Part shown: positions 55,897-64,000 of the stretch, one piece after another
Layout of the letters: every line of letters begins with the position of its first letter
Position numbering within the stretch: position 1 is the stretch's first letter
Assembly: GCA_022813865.1 (NCBI GenBank)
Contig: JALDZX010000025.1
Span: forward strand, 1 to 64,000
Source of the DNA: Xylographa opegraphella
Taxonomy: Eukaryota
Reading direction: 5' to 3'
DNA: 64,000 bases
Translations under genes and position numbers: made by a program
The notes under the pieces: model-generated
Database searches by the model: none
What the model saw: only the letters and a program-made list of their open reading frames with translations
Told to the model about the DNA's origin: nothing

Positions 55897-57231
55897 CGCG
55901 TGTATGCCTGCCCTTATGTTTTGCTATCTTAGCCCAAGCAGTGTATCGCGCCTGAGCGGGTTCCCTAAATGGCAATACCTTTACCAAGTCGAGATCTGAT
56001 ATGTGCGTGAAAAAGTGATCTGGTCGCAGACATGTGCTGGTCGACTCCCCATACAGCCTTGGACGGAATTGATTGCGAGTCTTCGCAAAGTACTTGTAAC
56101 TGCTGGAAGTGAATGGTACGACCTCGTGTAGGTTGGTCGTTCAGAATTGTAGGTTGAGCGTTTGGATTTGCATCTGACAATATTTAGACTGTTTGCGCTG
56201 GTGGTCAAACACAAATTACAATAGTCTTCAATAATGATCCTCTGAGGACGCCGGCTTGCGAGATATTTGGAATTGGTAGGACAATGATCGTTATCCTGAT
56301 ATTGCGAGACGTATGCATAAAGTTGAAGGGGTTGGCGGTTGATCTAGCTTAGTCATTGGAATTTGAGGCTAGCTTCGGAAATTTACCTTTGTAAGTTAGG
56401 TAAGTTAGGTTAGGTTCTCAGACGTGGCGTACTAAGCCCCTATAGGTTAGTGCAAAATCTCGAAGCAAACCTTCATGTACCTCCGTACCTGATCTCGAGA
56501 TTATGAGGCTCCGTAACGTAAACCGTTCTTCAGGCTATTTTCGCCAGAAAACGCACAGATACCAACGTTATGCAGCATTAGAAATCATTGAGTAGCGGCT
56601 GGTAGGACAAGTCTAAAAATATCTCAAGTACCTGAGCAACGAATAAATTAGATAATACATTTGTCTAGTCCGCCTTGACGTTGTATTGTATGAGTCTGGT
56701 CAGGGCTAGCAAAATAGTTTCACTTAAATACATCAACCTTAGCTGATGACCCCTTCCGAGCACCTCAAATACCCCAGTTTCCAGCATTACGCCAAAGCTA
56801 ATATAGAGTAGGTAGCCATGGATCCAAGCCCTAGAAATCCACACTTTCTAATGTACATAGAATCCGCTCAAATTCGAGAAGGACTGGAGCCGCGCGTCGG
56901 GGTCCCTCCAACTTTTGTCTATACCTACCACACAAAGTAGCACAATGGAGGAGAGAAGGCGAAGTAGAGGAGCGCGAAAGAATGGAAAGTGAAATGGAAG
57001 CGGGTGTAGAACACTGAGGGGACCTACGGTTTATTGACCTACCTCTACATGCATTATTTGTGGCGACGCTTTCGAAATACTTTACGCGTCGCATAAAGAT
57101 GGCCTTCCAGCGGGTTCTCGGCTCCTGTGGAAGTGTTCATAGCAAAGTATGTCAGAACCAGAAGCTTCGAAGGAGCAGGCAAGGCGGAAGAAGGACTAAA
57201 GTAGTTGTTGCAAAGCAATGTAGGAGGATGT

Positions 57232-59915
57232 TCATGCAGATCGAACGCGCTTCACGTCAGCTTGTTACAAGTTAGTCTTGTGACTGCCACAGATCTTGCT
57301 CGTGGCCCCATACCTTGTAAGTCAACTTCAGGAGACAAGTTGGCATCTTCTTCTCCTCGTGCTCGCTTCAGAGAGTCATGTTGAGATAATGGAATTGGGG
57401 GAAGGCTGTGGTTGTCTTCAATTGAATGGCTTTCTGTGCTCAGGATATCTTCGTTTTCATCCGCTTCGCCAAAGTCGTCGAAGTCGTCGTCGTCGTCGTC
57501 GTCGTCCTCGCCGAGGCCTTCGTTTTGGTTCTCTTCCTCGTCGCCGGTGCCTTCGTCTTGGTTCTCTTCCTCGTCATCTTCCTCATCCTCATAAGTAATC
57601 TCGTTGTTGTCGATAGCCGAGACGCTAGCGCTATTCTTCCTCTGAGAAACCGGTGTACTTGGTGAGTTAGCGGGTCTGCTTAAGCCTGCGGTATGGTTCA
57701 TTACGCCTGACAGCAGATCCGTGGATCCTTCAGAAATATTGGGCACTGTTGTGCTGAAACTTCTGTCATCAACTCCCTCGTAACTTGCCTCCCTGGATTG
57801 GTATTCATCTTGACTAGTAATAGTCAAGCTGTCCGCTTGAGCCTCACCATGTGCAACATCAGAGGCATCTCCTCTGAGAGTGGATGAGGCTGCAGAAGGT
57901 ACCTGTGGCTCCTTCTCTTGACCCTCGTAGTCAGCGTCTCCATCGTGGGATTTCTCGTTGAAGAAGGCGCCGAAGATTTGTGCTTCAACCGTATGAACGC
58001 TATCTGACTTGTTGGGCTGTGCACTTCCTAAAACATGGTCGCTGCCACTCTCCACGGCTATCGAATCGATACTAGTGGACGTGGGTACTTCTCCCAAATA
58101 ATGAACCCCAGCATTGGGATGCTGGTCCTGGTTATAGTCGTCCGAGTTGGCTTGGGTCATGGTTGGGTCTTCGTTCCGAGTCTTGATCTCAATATTCTGC
58201 GCGTTGTTTGGGTCGTGAAGCAGTCGGTCCAAGCTGCTGGCAATCTTATCACTTCCATCGTCCGCTTCAGCCACAGTACTCCTTTGTCCAATCCACTTCT
58301 CAGGCTCCTCTTTCGTCCTCGGTACTTTGTCTTGCGATTGCTCATCGTCAATTTCTGTTCGCGACTCAATGACTTCCACCGAGCTTGGTAACACAATATC
58401 AAGAAAACCTAAACCTTCCTCAACAGCGTTGTAGAGGTACTGTAAACGATATGGCAGACTAAGCTTCGTGGTTAGTATCACATGAAGTGGATCGGGATAG
58501 TGCATCCCATCGTTATGTTGCAGCTGTAGATATAGATTCATTATCTGTAGTAAGCTAAAGGTAGATGCTTCTGAACATGTCTGAAAAGTGAACATTAGCC
58601 AGCTCTACGTATGAAACAAAGATACCGTTCTTACCTCAGAGATATCTATGCCCAAGGGAACGATTTTGACCTCCAGTTCATCATGTTCGCCTATGCTATC
58701 CGCTAGAACCACCCTGCAAGCTCCAAGCAATGCTCTTATGCTTTCTTTAGCTATCGATTCATCCTGAAGAAAATAAGTTGCTGAATGCTTTTCAGTCTCC
58801 TCATGCGGAGGAAATAGTGATATCTCGTTGTCTTGATAGACCACAATCACTGGATGAAGATTGATTAGATCCTGATTTTCTGCATCATGTGCAGGGCCGG
58901 CATGCTGCTCTTGTTCGACGTGATCACTGGAAACAGAGATCAGGGGATCGTTAGCTGAGTCTGTATCCAAGCTTTGGTGAACAGAATTTCCTTCTTCGAG
59001 TACATCATGAGACAGGGTTTCGATATCGTCACTATCATTGAGCCCTCGGAGCTCGGATGCTATAGTAAACGGAGCCGTAGGCGTCGGAGTTCTATCAGGG
59101 TCACTTGTGGCTGATTCGTGCTCGCTTGGTGTATAGAAACGCTTTTCATTATCCTTTATATTGTCGCCAGAGTCCTCTTCGATTGGGGCCTCCACTGCAG
59201 AAGACTTTTCATCCCCATGGTCTGGACCAGAAAGAAACTCGATATGACCTTCGAGTAGTTCTGCATTATTAGCCTCTGCGTTCCGGTTCGAAGAACTGTA
59301 AGTGCTGGTTGGAGATTTATTATCCTGCGCGTTATGCGACGGGTCCTCTTCATCTGCGTTTAAGTTGCTTGTTGTGAATAGTGCTTCGTGGATAGGTTGA
59401 AATCCAACATCATCGTCTCCACGAGGCTGTATAAGGGGGCGGTCACCGCTTTCAAGGAAATTTTGTTCAAAATTTTCTGGCAGCTGGCTCGATGAAACGT
59501 TATGAGAGTCCAAATCTTGTTCTACATGGTTGGCAACACTGCCTGATTGAGACATAGTATCATCTGCATCTACCAAATCTTCATCATCAACGAGAATATC
59601 AAAGCCGGTGGCATCATCGAAACCGCTTTGCGCGTAGATTTCCGGTGCGTCCGCCATCGGCTGTGGTGTTCCTACCTCATCTACCATTTCATCATCATTA
59701 CCATCCGGCTGACCATCGTAGTCCTCCATGAAGTTGGTGCCTTCAAGCATATAGTCATCCTCCTGATTGAAAGGAGATTTCCCATCCAAACCAAGATCGA
59801 TGTCGATATCCTCCTCATCTAACAGCCTTTTTTCGAAGTCCATGGAGAGCTCCATGGGATCTTCTTCACCAGCTGGCCCCAGAGCAGAGATATCTGAGGC
59901 TTGTAAAGAGGTCAT
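57232..59915 (-). CDS. Acidic, largely disordered hypothetical protein, 3 exons
   Basis: ORFs of 436 and 447 codons joined by an intron. The central block HPVIVVYQDNEISLFPP...YLQLQHND looks conserved, there is a poly-Asp/Glu tract, and the last exon ADVKRVRSA* has a basic NLS-like end. Confidence 0.75.
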
Positions 59916-60575
59916 GGCGAGATAATATGAGATCCGTTGGGGATGTGCGCGATGCTCATGATAGGTATACTCGTGGATCCCAAATGTGCAAGATCATAAG
60001 TTTTAGGGCAGCTGATGGGTTATGACTCAGGTCCTTGTCGCTTAGCTATATCCTCGACTATTATCCTTGCAAGTCGGAGAATGTTTAGAGTGAGCTGAAA
60101 GTGAAGTCGGTTTGATCTCGACGTGTGGCAAGGTAGGTCATTCGGATAGGCCACGAGAAAGGAAGTGATTAACGTGAAGCAGGTTGCGAGAACAGTTTGA
60201 AGTTGGCTCGAAGTTGACGGCTCTCCAGAAGGCTATAGTCGTAGTATTCAGAAACAGGCGTTGAGAATGGAAGGAGAGATACCAATCTTCGGAAAATGGA
60301 CGAGGGCAAGTGTCTACCTTACGGTCTTGTCGCGAACTGAATCGCGCTAAACAGGGACCTCCGCAGTAGACTCAGGGACTACTGCCGGATCAGTGTTAGT
60401 TTTATTACAGTGCTGGCGTTAGCTTCGATATTTCAGACCACATATCAAATGTCCAGTGCTGAAGCTGCCCCAGAGCTGGGTAGCGGAAATGTTTACAGTC
60501 TTCGTTTTCTAGCATTCCTTGATCCTGAAGTAAAGTCACAACTGGGAACTTTGAAATTTCTACCTCTCAGACACA

Positions 60576-62331
60576 ATGGTTCGGCACAATGTGAAAGTTG
60601 AAAACTGGAGCTGACATATCCTAGGTGGTGCTTGCCGCTTCGATATGTACCCGTGGGGGAAAAGCTGTTCTTTCGCGTCAATTCCGGGAGATATCCAAAT
60701 CAAGGATTGAGGGGCTTCTGGCATCATTTCCTAAGCTTGCAGACTCGGGTACTCAGCATACCACCGTGGAACAGGACAATGTGCGCTACGTTTATCAACC
60801 GCTCGATGAGCTCTATATGGTCCTCATCACGAATCGGCAGTCAAATATATTACAAGATATCGATTCTCTTCACCTCTTCGCCCAAGTGGTTTCTAGTATT
60901 TGCAAGAGTTTGGACGAACGGGAGATACTTCGCAATGCCTACGAGCTTTTAAGTGCTTTCGACGAGCTGGTCACCCTTGGCTACCGGGAGAATTTATCGA
61001 TAACCCAAATCAAAACGTTTCTTGAGATGGAAAGTCATGAGGAAAGGATACAGGAGATCATATCCCGGGTTTGTTACGCTCTCTTAGCACATGTTAAGAA
61101 ACCATCTCTAACGTACAACACCAGAACAAGGAGCTAGAAGCAACGGAGGAGCGAAAGAAAAAGGCAAAGCAACTTGAACTACAACGCAAAGAGATGGCAC
61201 GTAGTGGCAGAAATGCTGCACCGCGAACCCCTTCATATCCAACATACACTCCGCCAGTCCGCCCCACGGTCCCCGACACTTACGATAGTTATGAAGCTGA
61301 GAAGAATAAGAGTTTCAAGTGGGCAGTACTTCTCTTGCACATCGATCTCCGCTGATTTCACATTAGGACCTCCATTTCGAAAGGGAAAGGGATGCAGTTG
61401 GGCAAAAAGTCCAAAACTACCGACATGTTTGAGCGCGTTCGAGGCGACCTTGGGGCCCAGGCCGAGGAATCTGCTCCACTCGTCTCCAATACTCAGCCCA
61501 CGACGACGTCGCAAAAGCCTTCGTCGGCTCGCAATTCGACATCGTTGGATAGAGATGCTATACAAATAACTGTCGCCGAAAAAATCTCCGCCAAGCTCTC
61601 GCGGGAAGGAACACTAAAGTCCTTTACCGTCAAAGGCGATCTACAACTCCGTATTGGAGATCCATCGTTCACAAAAGTCAAACTCGATCTTACCGCCAAT
61701 GCTAACAACGGCACGCAATTTCGTCCACATCCCAACGTGGATAGGGCACTATTTACAAATTCAAAAGTAATCCAGCTGAGAGATACATCTCGAGGATTTC
61801 CAGCGAATAACCCGGTTGGTGTTTTGCGATGGACCTCCGATCACACCTCCGAGTCTGCAGACATCCTACCTATAACTTTCACCGTATGGGTGAACAGGGG
61901 CGCAGATGAAGCTTGGACGGTCACCGTAGAATACGATCTGACCGGCGGAGATAGCCTGCGTGATGTAGCCGTAACCATACCTTATGCAACAAGCGAACCG
62001 GCCGTTTCCAGCTTCGACGCCATGTACGAAGTGACGGGAGACAGCCTCGAATGGACCATCGGCCCCGTTGACGAGTCCAATCCGTCCGGGTCATTTGAAT
62101 TCGAGGCGCAAGCGGAGGACGAAGCAGAATTCTTCCCAATGAAAGTCAAATTCTCGAAGAGTAAGCCATTCGCAGATGTCGATGTGAGTTTGTACTCGAT
62201 TCCGCACTCTGGAGTCTCTACTGATGTCGCGTCGCTGGCAGGTCTTATCGGTCACTCTGCTCGACATGGATCAAGACATCTCGTTCACGAAAGAGATCAA
62301 GTCGGTGGCGGACTCCTATATAATCGAATAG
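60576..62331 (+). CDS. RET2: Coatomer subunit delta (delta-COP)
   Basis: M|VVLAASICTRGGKAVLSRQF, RYVYQPLDELY, MESHEERIQ, GKGMQLGKK and a mu-homology domain. The first coding exon is the ATG alone (intron 60579-60624). Confidence 0.93.
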
Positions 62332-63533
62332 GTGCTCACACCAAGAATGATAATATACTGTTTTCGAGTGATATCTACTGTTTTGTCAACGTTCACCGTT
62401 TTGAGCATACGCATATTTGACTGCAAGTTCCACGACACCCGAAAGCGCCCTTGCCACAAGTAACCGTATAACACGTGTACACAACCGCCTTTCTCGTTTA
62501 CGATATGTAAAGCACGTGTGTTCTCCTAGCCTTATAGGCCTCCCGTAAGGAACCGGCGTAATGACCTAACTCGGCTTTCTGTAGTAGGTTAGTGCGATGT
62601 ACTGGACATATACACCTCTGCAAGGCACGTTCTACATCAACTTCCTTGGATCACCCCCCCTTTCCATCTGACAAGAATATGGTCGACATTCTTGCGTTCG
62701 CTGATAGGAATTAGGGGTCGGATGTTCGCAACTGGATATTGAGAGTGAGGTGTACGGGGAGTAGTAGGCCGAGAAGACGCCTACAAGGTATTGAAAGATG
62801 CCAAAAAGCAGCGTGGTAAGTGGGGAGGCTGGGTCGAGGGATGGCAAGGCACACGCTGTTTCAGTGGCCAGAGAGGGAAGGATGAAGGTTGGGACTTGGA
62901 GGCCATGGTGAGCGAGAAGGAAGTGGGAGCAGTGGAAAGTGGCTCCGTGGTGCGGAATAATTTGTAGGATATTGTGCATGGGGTGGAATTCGAAGGCAGT
63001 AGAGATAGTGGTGCGCAAGGATATAGATTACCTTATACAAGCGGTTCTTCTGCACAAGACTTCAAAACAAGCCAAAGCGTGCTGCGAATTCCGTACAAGC
63101 TGGATTACAAACATGAATGATGAGTACAGCCAAGAGAGTGACCAACAATGCTGGAGATGGTGAAAGTGGAAGATCGCGGAATGGATTCTTCCAAAATACA
63201 CGACAATCTGTAGGTTGTTCGATAAGCGGGTAGACTAGGGGCCTGCCCTAAGGCAAGCATTACTACAAGTAGATGCCTTACCTTAGTACCTTAGGTAAAA
63301 TATCTGACCTAGGTACAGTACCTTAGTTGCATCAACGAACAGTGCTGAGCATGTCTCACCTGTCAAATTATAGCGTGATTGCCACTCCCGACGCCCCAGC
63401 TCCTCAACAACCTAAGGTCGCTAATCGTTATACTAGACTAGTTTTATGGCAGACTAGCACACTTCCACGCTCAAGAAGCAACGGGCAACATCCAATTCTA
63501 GAGCAGCACCTAGCTAGAGCTTCTCACGGCAGC

Positions 63534-64000
63534 ATGGACGTTGACAGCGGTTATGATGACTCGCAACTCAGCCTCAATTTGCTGGCCGACAAGGTGGTGC
63601 ATCAGCCCATTAAGCTCGATACTTTGGTATACTGTCCCACCATGGATCTCATCGCGTTGGCCACGTTTGATGAGCAGGTACATGTCTACAGGCTGAACGG
63701 ACAGCGAGTGTTTGGTATCTCAAACAAGAAGCCCGATTGCAGCGTCCGGCAGCTGCGATGGAAGCCTAATGGTCAGCGCTGATCATAGATATCGTGGTGC
63801 TTTCGGTGTCGGCTCGCTGAGTTGATTCCAGGTCAGATAATCGCGATTTCATATAGTGACTCCTCTGTATCGCTCATAAGTGCTCAGACTGGAAAGTCCG
63901 TTCACCAGGTTCAATATCGAGAACATACGGGGAGCAAAATCTCTTGTTTAGCGTGGGGCTTGAATTACACCGACGCCGAAGAGACCAGAGCACGTTTAGA
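63534..64000 (+). CDS. APC4: Anaphase-promoting complex subunit 4, 5' part (runs off the window)
   Basis: YCPTMDLIALAT...VYRLNGQRVF...LRWKPNG|QIIA is typical of the APC4 WD40 N-terminus. Intron at about 63772-63831. Confidence 0.85.

Overview
Gene-dense chromosomal segment of a filamentous ascomycete (Pezizomycotina-type, short GT-AG introns of about 50 nt). It carries 17 mostly housekeeping protein genes: SMC5, YSH1/CPSF3, a LAMMER kinase, sideroflexin, an LCAT-like hydrolase, a PHD protein, PIS1, a PP2C, transportin/KAP104, a Zn2Cys6 transcription factor, class II PDE1, SSH4, UCH37, a Sac1/hSac2 phosphatase, a NIPA transporter, an acidic orphan and delta-COP. APC4 starts at the right edge, and there is one 50-N assembly gap. 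The standout observation is a tRNA-Arg(UCG) gene on the minus strand (17195-17326). Besides a normal 9-nt intron after position 37, its T-stem is split by a 50-nt insert with the hallmarks of a U2 spliceosomal intron (GTAAAT...TACTTAC...CAG). Removing the insert exactly restores a perfect cloverleaf, which suggests a Pol III tRNA needing both tRNA-endonuclease and spliceosomal splicing. Exon boundaries were read by eye and product calls come from recognised motifs, not database searches.
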